The notes under the pieces: model-generated
The model's database searches: none
What the model was told of the DNA's origin: nothing
Seen by the model: only the letters and a program-made list of their open reading frames with translations
Made by a program: the position numbers and the translations under genes
Part shown: positions 48,901 to 61,300 of the stretch, one piece after another
Numbering within the stretch: position 1 is the first letter of the stretch
Layout: each line of letters opens with the position of its first letter
Source: Squalus acanthias
Taxonomy: Eukaryota
Reading direction: 5' to 3'
Length of the DNA: 64,000 bases
NCBI GenBank assembly: GCA_030390025.1
Contig: CM059431.1
Coordinates: forward strand, 96,970,001 to 97,034,000

Positions 48901-50246
48901 TAATTTATGAATAATAATGGGCTATACAATCTTGGTGACTTCCTTAATGCACACTATTAAATATTGTTGGATATCACTGAGACGCTATAGTACACAGTGT
49001 GCCAGCCAATAACCGTATTGATAGATTTTAAAGGTTCTATATTCTATAGTAGAATTATTTCTTCCTGTCTCCCAATCGATCAACAATCGTTTAAAATAAT
49101 ACAGTGCAATTTGGTTCTCAGTTCCGAACAATACCTGCGCTTAATTAATTTAAAATGCAAATGAAAACGCGAATGGTTTTGTAAGTACAGAGCGAGATTA
49201 AAGAACGCTACAGCATAATGAGAGGGGCTGATGTGTTCCTGAGGGTAAAAGACACAAAGACATCATTCAGACCCAGGTGCCTGGGAACTGACAGCTCCCT
49301 TTACGGGATCACAGTGACTGTGAGATAAAACACAACTTTTAAATAACAGCACTTGGGATTTACAGTGATTAAAAGCAATTTGATGTCAAAACTGACATGA
49401 ATATGTCAGCTGAAATAGGACATCCCAATCCACTCTCCGAACACGACATCATACTGTTCTGGTTTTACAAGTAAAGTTCGCGCGACGGTTTCATCTGTGT
49501 GTTTCTTAAAACAAAGCACAAGAACATTTACAACATTTCATTGTAAAGTGTTAAAACTAACAATTAACGAGAACCTGGTGTTGGAAACCAATTAATTGGT
49601 TAGCACTAAATGGGGCATCATCGCGACAGGGCTCTGAGTCCAGGAACTTCACTTACTTAAAATATTGTCTCAATGTACCTCAGTAAGAATTTCTGTATCT
49701 CAATGCACGGATATATGAGGCGCTTAATTAAAGAGATGGTAATTATTTTCAATTCTTTGTTAGAATTCGTGCTCACAGATATATCTTAATTAACTGGGCA
49801 GACCTAGTATTAGATACCGAATATTTGAAGGTAATGTCAAGTAGCATTTTAAACCACTTCAAATTCCACAATTCTCGATTTTATAAATAACGATTTGACG
49901 ATTATGAAGTGCCGTGAATAATTATTTTGGTTTGATCTAGTATTGGTGTCGATAGTTTCCAATAGTGGAAAAAAAGTCAACAATTAAACCCAGGCTCCTC
50001 ACAAAAACTATCGTCTTACTGTCTGTCCGTTTCTCTATTTTCGCTCAGTGACATGTCTGCTATAAAACGATTAAACGACAACTTTTAAAACTGTTACATA
50101 CTTAAAAATGTGTTGTAAAAAAAATCAGAAACATTAGCGAGTCAACCATGAAATCACATTCAAACTTTGAGAAATTATTGTTGTCAATTATGGATTTTAG
50201 AGTATTTGAGAAAGCGGCTTATAAAAACATTTTGCAGCAAATGAAT

Positions 50247-50399
50247 GGTTACAATAATTGGTGACTAGGTTACAATAATTAGTGACTAGGTTACAATAAT
50301 TGGTGACTAGGTTACAATAATTAGTGACTAGGTTACAATAATTGGTGACTAGGTTACAATAATTAGTGACTAGGTTACAATAATTGGTGACTAGGTTAC
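50247..50399. repeat. 21-bp tandem repeat, 7 copies plus partial
   Basis: Unit GGTTACAATAATT(G/A)GTGACTA with strict G/A alternation. Confidence 0.97.
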
Positions 50400-52275
50400 C
50401 TTCGTTAGAAAGAAAACAAAATGTTGGTGGCAACTTACTTTCTTCTCTAAAGGTGCGATAGGCCGGAGTTTTGCCATAACATCTCCTTAGATCTCACATT
50501 GTACATATTGAGCCTAATTAAAATCAAACTTTCAGTTACTTTTGGGATTAGGGTGACTGTTGGTCGTCACCTGTGTAACACTGTGTAACACAGCAAGCAG
50601 CGGGATTCACTCTTGCTGATGTGAGGTAAAGAACCGCCAGTCAGTAATGGAGAACCCGGACAGAGATCGTGCAGGAGACCGGGTTCTGTCCGAGCTTATT
50701 TTATGGCAATCTTTAAAAGTGTTACATAGAAAACGCAAATCTAGTCGGGAGGCGACGGCTTCATTATGTAAACCTTTTTAGAAAATGGCATTCTAGGGCC
50801 TGTGCCAGGGCCAGTGTCGGTCCTAGGGCCAATGTGGGCCTCACAGCTAGTGCCAGGGCCACTACCTGTCCCAGTGCCAGTGGCTGTTCCAGTGCCAGTG
50901 CTAGTGCTAGTGCTAGACAGTAACTAATGAGGTGAACTATGATCTCCAGATCTTATTGAATTAGAAGTTTGTGGAACACACCAACTCGATCAATAAATCA
51001 GAGCGAGTTTAAAAGGACGACCTGCTCGCGCGCGACCTAAAGTTCTTGAGATAACAGTTATCATCATCTTGTGGCTTTATGTTTCTGGCCACCATGTCGA
51101 TTTTCTTTCGTAAAACGATTGTACTCTGTTAGAAATCGACATTGGCGAATAAAATCCCTTTTTACTCATTTTAAACGGAGTTGTGGTAAAGGTCAATCGG
51201 TATAAGATATTGGGACAGAGTGAAATCGGCAAACATACTTGAAATGTTTCTTAATGCGGTAAAGGATTGAAGGACGGTTTCTATTGATTTTGTGCGCGAC
51301 ACCCTGATAACGCTTAACATGGAATCGCTGCACGGATGTGGGGTTTGGTGAACCGGACCCAATAGGAAACTAATAGCCGCAGTGTGAACAGAGGGTGGAG
51401 TATAGAGTGGCCAAAGGTGCTATCTGCCCCATTTCATCTGCTGGTTTTAACTAAGTTACAGACTCTATCAGTCCGGTTCCTGATGCTATTGGTTAGAAAC
51501 ACTTACACACGACCCATAAAACCGCTTCCGCTTTGATTTTGTGCAGAAATTGTAGCTGCACCGAATTCTTTAACACATTGGCGGCGATTGTAAATGACAA
51601 AACGGAACATACATTTACAAAGTTCAACAAATACTTGTACAACCAGACTCCGTTTCTTGGTCCTTTGTTGGTCAGTTAACCGTTTGATCCGGATCACATT
51701 GTTCGCATTCAGTTATCATCAGACCCGATGTTTTAGTCCATTTACCAAATCACTTCCACCAATTTCGGTTTACTATGTGGCGAGTCGTGAAATGCATGTT
51801 TATTTTCTTTTCGCCAACCTTTCGGGGTGCAGTTTGGCCCGCGTGTAGTCCCAGTGTGTCCTCCCATCACATCTCATTTTTTATTTAATTGATGGCTGAA
51901 ATGAGCCGACGCACATTATAAACTATCCCAACTATACTCATGGAACATGCCGTGCGTGTCTGGGTTTATCTCTCAGTCTATACCCTGGTTTCCGATAGAA
52001 CCCGTTTTGTTTGTAGGCAGCCGGAAGTATTTATTCACGGCATTTTGCTAACAAGATATATAAATACCCCTTAGTCGATGCATTACAAATATGGACTGCA
52101 TTCTTTAAGTGTGTTCCTTTCTCGCCTCCATGAAGCCGTTACGGGGCCAAACACTCAAAGTGTCGACCGTAAACACCGGGAGAGGAGATGTCTTTGTATT
52201 TAACATATAACGAAATCTCTAGTGTTAATCAAAACTTTTAACATCTATATCTCTGTATATCTCTGTATGTATAAC

Positions 52276-52348
52276 GCGCGTGTGTGTGTATAGGTGTGTG
52301 TATGTATATATATATATAATATATACACACACGCACACATTGTGTGTG
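52276..52348. repeat. Mixed TG/TA/CA microsatellite
   Basis: Alternating purine-pyrimidine run. Confidence 0.85.
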
Positions 52349-54874
52349 GTCATAACTAGTCTTCCAAAGTCTGGTAAAAGTGCCAAGCCCCTTTCCTACT
52401 CTTAACTAATGTCGATGATTCAGTGCTGCCCTTGCAGCTGTTCCCTATAACCAGGTAGCAAGGACACGCTCCTGGCCTGTTGGCTGAGATTTTGAATGAA
52501 CGGGTCCGCAGTGATGTTCCCGACCATTGCTGGCACTTGTGACCTGCCGAATGCCGGCTCCTTCTGTTAAACATTAAACATCCCCTACACCAGTCGACAG
52601 ACCCGGGCACTTTACAAATGGAGGTGATTGGCGGATTAAAACCATAAAAATCAGTCTCACTAAATTATTGTTCGCATGAAAGAGAATCGGCGTCGAATAA
52701 TACTCTCTCCCTCAGGAAAATTAGATGAAATATTTGTTTGAAAAGCGATTGAATCGGGCAGACGGATCTGTGTTCTTGTTTAAGGCGGCTGTGCATGGTT
52801 TAGGGCAGTTCTGTCTGTACATTAACCATTGTGAATGGAGATTCTTGTTACTAATATCACTCCCTCGTCGCTTTCTTTAAACTTGACGACGTTTGAAATA
52901 AATAGATGAAACAGATTTTTAAAATTATTACTTAAAGCAAAGTGATGCTATTTCGGTGAATCTGTAAGTGTCCCAGTCAATCACAGTCCAAATGGATGAG
53001 CAGTTTGCTTGTCGAGGCGCGGGTTATCACCCTGTTTGTATTCTAAATTCTCGGAAGCTGTCAGGGAAAGGCTCCAGCGCCTCTCCGCTGTTTGCTGTAG
53101 GGTTTGTGTTGTCACCGCGGCCGCCTGATGTACAGAAGCGGCCTGATATCTAATCTGTGTGCTGCTTGTCACTGTGTAAAGTCTGACCCATAAAGGAATC
53201 GATACAATAAAACGGAGTTTTAATGGGTTAATTGACTGGAACTGCTATCGTGTTAAAACACCTGTTCTGATAAGGAAATCAGCCAAACGTAATATCGTCC
53301 ATCAATATTACCCCGCCCGCCGCCCTTCTCACAATATACTGAGAGTGAATTTCAGCGAGACTTTCTGTGTAATGGGGAATAAGACTGTTAAACCCCCAGG
53401 AAGTATAAAGAGAGCCCGTGATATCTCCGTTCCCCTCACCAGCGGCGACCGGCCGGTGATTAAGAACGCATTTTGTTTTATTCTCGAATGATAACTGGTT
53501 TATGACAAAGTGTCAATATTTTGCTCAAATTAAGGAGAGCGACTTATATTCAGCAACAATACACGGCCAGGGTGCTTCAACGATCTTACTGAAAGAAATG
53601 TAATCGTCCGCACGTTACCTCCCCAATTTAGAAAAGCTAGTTTAAAAATTCATTTCAACTTGAAATAACCTTCAAACTATCAAGTGTCACCATTCATTCA
53701 TTGGGAGAGTGTGGTTTGGACACAGTCTGACCGACAGTTTATCCCGCGCCCTTTCAGTTAAAATGGGAAAATAATTAAAACATAAAATCACCTCATCTCC
53801 TTGAACACGGAAAGGAAATCAGGTGCGACTTTCTAAACAAAAGGATTTTTAATCTAGACATGAAATGTGCCCCACGCCACGAACTATATATAATATGATA
53901 TATTGGCCGGGCAACAAGGGTCTGTGCGCGCCCTTTGAGTTTCATCGATTTAACACGATCCCAGTGCGTCCAATATTGAAAACAAAGATGTTTGGTAAAA
54001 TCACTAAAATATGTCAATACTCCTTTGACTGTAAAAAGCTTAGTTGCAAAAGACGTTTTAACGACAGTGGCGAAATCATCGTGAGTCTAATTCAATAACG
54101 CAGTGTAATGTTAGCACAACGCAACACCGCCCTTGAATTGTGTTACATTTAGTTCAATACCAGCTGCAATTTCGCCCATTTCCCCCTTATGTTCAATGGA
54201 ACTACAGTCACATTAGTGTTAGACTGGCGGCCATCGGCAGAACCAAACCGGCACAGAAGTGTTACATTCATTATCAATATTTTAGAAAGAAACATAGACG
54301 GGTTGGACCCGTGTGAAGTTGGACTTACACTGAGATCTCTGTGTCCCCTTTAGCAGAACCGTGCAGTCTGGGCTGACACTTTGTTCCCGAAATCTGCACC
54401 GAGAAACCTGGCTTTAAAACCTAAATCGGCCTTGGTGCCACAATAAAACCTTTTCGTGTTTGCGAACTTATGAGACCTGCAAAAACCACAGAGCACAAAC
54501 GTATCTAGCGACGGTACAGGAGACAGATCCGGCAACACTCGCTCAATACACACTGAATGGGAGAGAATCAAATGGAATTTATTGATAGAAAGATTTTAAA
54601 AGACAATTTCGAGTTATTGTTTCTCTTTGCAAAGGGGACCCTTCTTACATAATGAAAAGCCTTTTGTGTAACAGAGAACAATAAAAAAAACAAGTATTCT
54701 AATAAATGGCCATTTTTGTTCCCACTCGACGCTGAATGGGGTTGAACAAGTCGGGCTGTGAGCAGCTGCCAGGCTTTAAGCGAGGAGGAGGAGTCATTCA
54801 TCCGCTCCTCGCCTCCGAAATGTCAATATTCCAACAGCTGAGGGGCACCGCCGCTCAATGGGCCCTCGGCCCTG

Positions 54875-55541
54875 TCCCCTCTTTTACCCTTCCCTTCTCC
54901 CTCTCCCTTCCCCCTCTCCTCTCCCTCCCACTCTTCTCTCGTTTCCCCTCTCCCCCTCTCTCTCCTCTCCTCCTCTCTCACTCTTCTCCTCATGTCCCTC
55001 TCCCACTCCTCTCCCCGCTCTCCTCTCCCACTCTTCCCCTCCTCTCCACCTCTCTCACTCCCCTCTCCCACTCCACTCTCCTTGTACCACTCTCCTCCCC
55101 CTCTCCTCCGCCCCTCTCCACCACTGTTCTCCTCCTCTCCCTCCCTCTCTCCCTGTCTCTCCTACTCTTCTCATGTCCCTCTCCCACTTCTCTCCTCCTC
55201 TCCACCTCTCCCACTCTTCTTCTCTCCACCTCTCCCCCTCCCCCCCTCCCCACTCCTCTCCCCTCGCCCACTCTTCTCTCCCCCTCTCCCACTCTCCCTT
55301 CCTCCCCACTCCTCTCCCACTCTTCTCTCCCTCTCTCCCACTCTCCCTTCCTCCCCACTCCTCTCCCCTCGCCCACTCTTCTCTCCCCCTCTCCCACTCT
55401 CCCTTCCTCCCTACTCCTCTTCCACTCTTCTATTCCCCTCTCCCACTCTCCCTTCCTCCCCACTCCTCTCCCCTCGCCCACTCTTCTCTCCCCCTCTCCC
55501 ACTCTCCCTTCCTCCCCTCTCCCCCCAGTCTTCCCCTCTCT
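54875..55541. repeat. Polypyrimidine/polypurine low-complexity tract with internal duplications
   Basis: About 660 bp almost entirely C/T on the plus strand, with recurrent CTCTCCCACTCT units. Confidence 0.93.
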
Positions 55542-56680
55542 ACTATTTGTTTTATATTTTGTCTTCAGTTCTGTACAGGAAGACCGAGTTTTTTATTCTG
55601 TGGGTGGGATTCAAACTGGCACAACATTTACACAGAAGCATCGCCGATGTGAACGTTTTGCTTTAGTTTGGACCCAACCACACGTCCTGCGTGTAATATT
55701 TTATATCCGCGATGTAATAGTTATATTAACATTTTATATTATACTAACACTGACTCTCGCCCGCGAATTTCAGCTTATCGTTGACTTTTTAAAAGACTCT
55801 TGCCGATAAAGGATATTAATGATTAGTATGGATCATTCACACACAGGATCTTTCAACAATTTAAGTATTTATTACTATCTTGTCGGTCTCACAGAAAACA
55901 AGGAGAAAATCCCATTTGCCGCCGTGTCAGCACTTGTATGGCATGGGTTTTGTGCTGTACACCGGACAATCTGTGCTCTCTGCTTAACTGCGGAGGTTGT
56001 GATCAGGCGCCTTGGGGTGAGCTGGGACCCCATCCCTGGGGGTCTCCATGCTTTGTCCAGCGTGGCGTTGTTTACGGCAGATTCGCTGGATTGGCGCGTT
56101 TAGCCGTTTGTTGACCGCTTTTCCGGCGGGTCCCGCTTCTGCTCCTGAATCTGGCGTGAAACCAGATCCCCTCTGGCTCATGTTGAAAGCAATTCTAAGC
56201 AGCCAAAGTAAGGGGCTTACGCCAGAAACTGTTAGCGAGGAATTCACCTTTCTGCAGGGAGTGTTTGATTCGGGGACCGATAACTGGTGCCAGCTTCCCA
56301 TTACTTACAAGCTTTTAAGTGGTGAAATCCATGAGACGGAATACAGTAACTTTCTCAAACAACATCAAACTCTTAACTATCTTTTAGACATCTCACTGGC
56401 TCCCACTGAGACAAAGCTCGGCTCCTGACCATTACAGTCTGTGCTCGCAAGCTGGAGGAGGAAATGGAACCTACTTAGAGGTTTAGCTGGGTGCCCCGGG
56501 CGGCTGGGGCTGCCGGCTGGGTCCCCAGGGTTGGGAGTGGAGCCCAATCCGGAACACTGATGCTGCACCCGTTCGGTCAGCTCTCAATCTAAATGTGACG
56601 TTTGGCTTCCGCCGGGGGACAGGGGAAACGTCAGGAAATCTGAGGTAGAAGCACCGAGCAAACTGGGACCCAAACACCAA

Positions 56681-58339
56681 GGGCTCGATTTTAACAGCCC
56701 TGAGGCGGCGGGTTTGGACGCGGGTCAGCTGTGAAAATCAGAAAAAATGGCTTCAGACACCCAATCTGCCTCCATCCCGCCCATACCCGATTTTTGTGCG
56801 TGTCGGGACAGCTGCTCCCAAACTGACCCGATGGGAACCGGTGGGACAGGTAGTTAAGGCAGTTAAGAGCCTGTTAACTGCCTTGATAATCCTATTTTGA
56901 TAGAGGTTTCCCATTTTTGTGCCTCTGGCTCCTGTTTCCCGTCTTGTCAGAAACAGGCCAGCTGCAAGGAGACGAGTTTCTCGAGGACATGATATGTAGT
57001 AATTATTGGTGCAGCACTTAAAAGCGCTCCTGTAACATGGCTGGCATTCAAATGCAAAAACTTTGTTGTTGGAGGTTTGGGATATGGTTTTGCAAATCTA
57101 ATGACCTAGTGACTGGTCAAGCTGAGACACATCTGCTGTTTGAACTGATTGGAATCATTTCAGGCCACTTTGAGTGTGCGCTTGCAAGCTTCTTGCCTCA
57201 ACTGAAATCTATAACAACGGGATGGGAACCATTTACATCCTCTCATCCTGGTAGTCAGATTCGGAGGAAGAGCAGCGCGGCTTAGTGCTGCCGGATGAAC
57301 ATGTGGCTCAGCACACAGCCTCCTTGGAGGAAGATGAAGAGGACGAGGACAAGGAGGAGGATAAGTAGGAGGATGGGGAGTGACGCCTTGCGGGGCCGGA
57401 TGTGGCCAATCCAACAGCAGGTGACCACATTGATGGCCGTCAGGCAAGGGATGCACTCATCAATTCCAGATTCGTGTAAGCTAACGCTTCAACCACAGGT
57501 AGCTGGCACATGGAGATGAATATAAGTCCGACAGTCTTAAACCCCAGGCATCATCTGTCCAATAAACAGTGGTTTGCACTCAGTGTCACCACCATCATTC
57601 TACATGGAATTCGCCCTGAGCCCTCAGTCTTGAACTTTCATTTCCCAGAACACAGAGGCCACACTTTAGGTGATCTCAGCAGATCATTAAACCTTTTTCA
57701 ACACTAAACCCATCTCGAGCTCACCTCCTCAGCAATTAGCAGCCAAGCTACCTTGGTTTGCTGAGGAGGCCTCCTCCTTCCGTTTCCAGGGAAGAGGAGC
57801 TCCTGACGTCCTCTAACTCCCTCAACAAGAGCATGGAGGGAGCCCTCATTGAACCTGGCTGCAGCCTTAATTTTTGGGGCTGCCATTCCTGCAGCTCCCA
57901 GCACCTTTAAGAGAAAAAGCATTAATATTACTGAGCCAATTATTGGAACACATCTGGCATCTTTTTCATTTCATAGTCAGATAATAAAGTCATATTTCAA
58001 AAAATCATGAATCTCTTCTGGAATAATATGACCAGCAATATCATTCATTAAATTTTGCTCAGAACAGACGCTGTCAACTCTGCTTTCTAGATAATACAGC
58101 ATCAAGCCATCGCAATGACATTTGTATGGCCCCTTTAAATTAAAAAAAAAACAACGCGTCATCAGATGTGAGAAACTAACATCCTCCAAGCAATTGCCTG
58201 GAGGGACCCGCACGTCGGCCGTAACGAGGCCAATGAAGCCAAAATAGGAAGTGATGGGAGGTGGCAGCCGGGTGTGGGTCTGAAAGCTGCTGAGCAGCGG
58301 GCCTGCCCTCAACCCCCCTCCATTATTAAAATCAAGCCC
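56681..58339. mobile_element. Internally deleted PIF/Harbinger transposon, 1659 bp
   Basis: TIRs GGGCTCGATTTTAA / TTAAAATCAAGCCC (1 mismatch) and TSD CAA (56678-56680, 58340-58342). A transposase C-terminal remnant lies on the plus strand (acidic run then GRQARDALINSRF, about 57320-57480). A Myb/SANT-like remnant lies on the minus strand (AARFNEGSLHALVEGV...LF...AWLLIAEEVS, 57704-57890). Confidence 0.9.
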
Positions 58340-61300
58340 CAAGTGTTCCGGAACACAAACACCAAGCAAACTGGGACCCAAACATCAAGCGTTCTGGAAC
58401 CCAGCACCAAGAGTTCCAGGACCCAAACACCAAGCAAACTGGGACCCAAACCCCAAGCGTTCAGGAACCCAAACACCAAGCATTCCAGGACCCAAACAAC
58501 AAGCGATCCAGGACCCAAACACCAAATGTTCTGGAACCTAAACAAGCATTCCTGGACCCAAGCACCAAGCGTTCCGGGACGCAAACACCAAGCGTTCCAG
58601 GATCCAAACACCAAGCAAACTGGGCCACAAACACCAAACGTTCTGGAACCCAAACACCACGTGTTCCAACATAAACAACAAGCATTCTGGGACCCAAACA
58701 CCAAGTGCTCTGGGACCCAAACACCAAGCATTCCAGGACCCAAACACGAAGCGTTCTGGAACCCAAACACCAAACATTCCAGGACCCAAACACCAAGTGC
58801 TCCAGGACCCAAACACCAAGTGTTCTGGAACCCAAACACCAAGCGTTATGGAACCCAAACACGAAGCATTCTGGAACCCAAACAACAAGCGTTCCAGGAC
58901 CCAAACACCAAGTGTTCTGGAACCCAAACACCAAGTGTTCCAGGACCCAAACACCAAGCATTCCAGGACCCAAACACCAAGCGTTCCAGGAACCAAACCC
59001 CAACTGTTCTGGAACCCAAACACCAAGCGTTCCAGGACCCAAACACCAAGCATTCCAGGAACCAAACCCCAACATTTCTGGGACCCAAACTCCAAATGTT
59101 CCAGGACCCCAACCCCAAGAGTTTGAGGACCTAAACACCAAGCATTCCAGGAACCAAACCCCAACATTTCTGGGACCCAAACTCCAAACGTTCCAGGACC
59201 CCAACCCCAAGAGTTTGAGGACCTAAACACCAAGCGTTCCAGGACCCAAACACCAGGCGTTCTGGAACCCAAACACCAAAAGTTCCAGATTCCAAACACC
59301 AAGCATTCTGGAACCCAAACACCAAGTTTTCCGGGACCCAAACACCAAGCGTTCCAGGACCCAAACACCAACTGTTCTGGAACCCAAACACCAAGCTTTC
59401 CAGGACCCAAACACCAACTGTTCTGGAACCCAAATACCAAGCGATCCAGGACCCAAACACCAGGCGTTCTGGAACCCAAACACCAAAAGTTCCAGATTCC
59501 AAACACCAAGCATTCTGGAACCCAAACACCAAGTTTTCCGGGACCCAAACACCAAGCGTTCCAGGACCCAAACACCAACTGTTCTGGAACCCAAACACCA
59601 AGCTTTCCAGGACCCAAACACCAACTGTTCTGGAACCCAAATACCAAGCGATCCAGGACCCAAACACCAAGCGTTCTGGAACCCAAACACCAAGCGTTCC
59701 AGGACCCAAGCACCAAGTGTTCCAGGACCCAAACACCAAGCGTTCCAGGACCCAAACACCAAGCATTCTAGGACCCAATCACCAAGCAAACTGGGCCCCA
59801 AACACCAAGTGTTCCAAGACCCAAACACCAAGTGTTCCAGAACCCAAACACTAAGTGTTCTGGAACCCAAACACTAAGCGTTATGGTACCCAAACATCAA
59901 GCATTCCAGGAGCCAAACCCCAAGCGTTCCAGAACCCAAATACCAAGCGATCCAGGACCCAAACACCAAGCATTCCAGGACCCAAACACCAAGCGTTCCA
60001 GGACACAAACCCCAACTGTCCTGGAACCCAAACACTAAGCGTTATGGAACCCAAACATCAAGCATTCCAGGACCCAATACCGAAGCATTCCGGAACCCAA
60101 ACACCAAGTGTTCCAGGACCCAAACACCAAGCATTCCAGGACCCAAACACCAAGCGTTCCAGGAACCAAACCCCAACTGTTCTGGAACCCAAACACCAAG
60201 CGTTCCAGGACCCAAACACCAAGCATTCCAGGAACCAAACCCCAACATTTCTGGGACCCAAACTCCAAATGTTCCAGGACCCCAACCCCAAGAGTTTGAG
60301 GACCTAAACACCAAGCGTTCCAGGAACCAAACCCCAACATTTCTGGGACCCAAACTCCAAACGTTCCAGGACCCCAACCCCAAGAGTTTGAGGACCTAAA
60401 CACCAAGCGTTCCAGGACCCAAACACCAGGCGTTCTGGAACCCAAACACCAAAAGTTCCAGATTCCAAACACCAAGCATTCTGGAACCCAAACACCAAGT
60501 TTTCCGGGACCCAAACACCAAGCGTTCCAGGACCCAAACACCAACTGTTCTGGAACCCAAACACCAAGCTTTCCAGGACCCAAACACCAACTGTTCTGGA
60601 ACCCAAATACCAAGCGATCCAGGACCCAAACACCAGGCGTTCTGGAACCCAAACACCAAAAGTTCCAGATTCCAAACACCAAGCATTCTGGAACCCAAAC
60701 ACCAAGTTTTCCGGGACCCAAACACCAAGCGTTCCAGGACCCAAACACCAACTGTTCTGGAACCCAAACACCAAGCTTTCCAGGACCCAAACACCAACTG
60801 TTCTGGAACCCAAATACCAAGCGATCCAGGACCCAAACACCAAGCGTTCTGGAACCCAAACACCAAGCGTTCCAGGACCCAAGCACCAAGTGTTCCAGGA
60901 CCCAAACACCAAGCGTTCCAGGACCCAAACACCAAGCATTCTAGGACCCAATCACCAAGCAAACTGGGCCCCAAACACCAAGTGTTCCAAGACCCAAACA
61001 CCAAGCGTTCCAGAACCCAAACACTAAGTGTTCTGGAACCCAAACACTAAGCGTTATGGTACCCAAACATCAAGCATTCCAGGAGCCAAACCCCAAGCGT
61101 TCCGGAACCCAAATACCAAGCGATCCAGGACCCAAACACCAAGCATTCCAGGACCCAAACACCAAGCGTTCCAGGACACAAACCCCAACTGTCCTGGAAC
61201 CCAAACACTAAGCGTTATGGAACCCAAACATCAAGCATTCCAGGACCCAATACCGAAGCATTCCGGAATCCAAATACCAAGCGACCCAGGACCCAAACAC

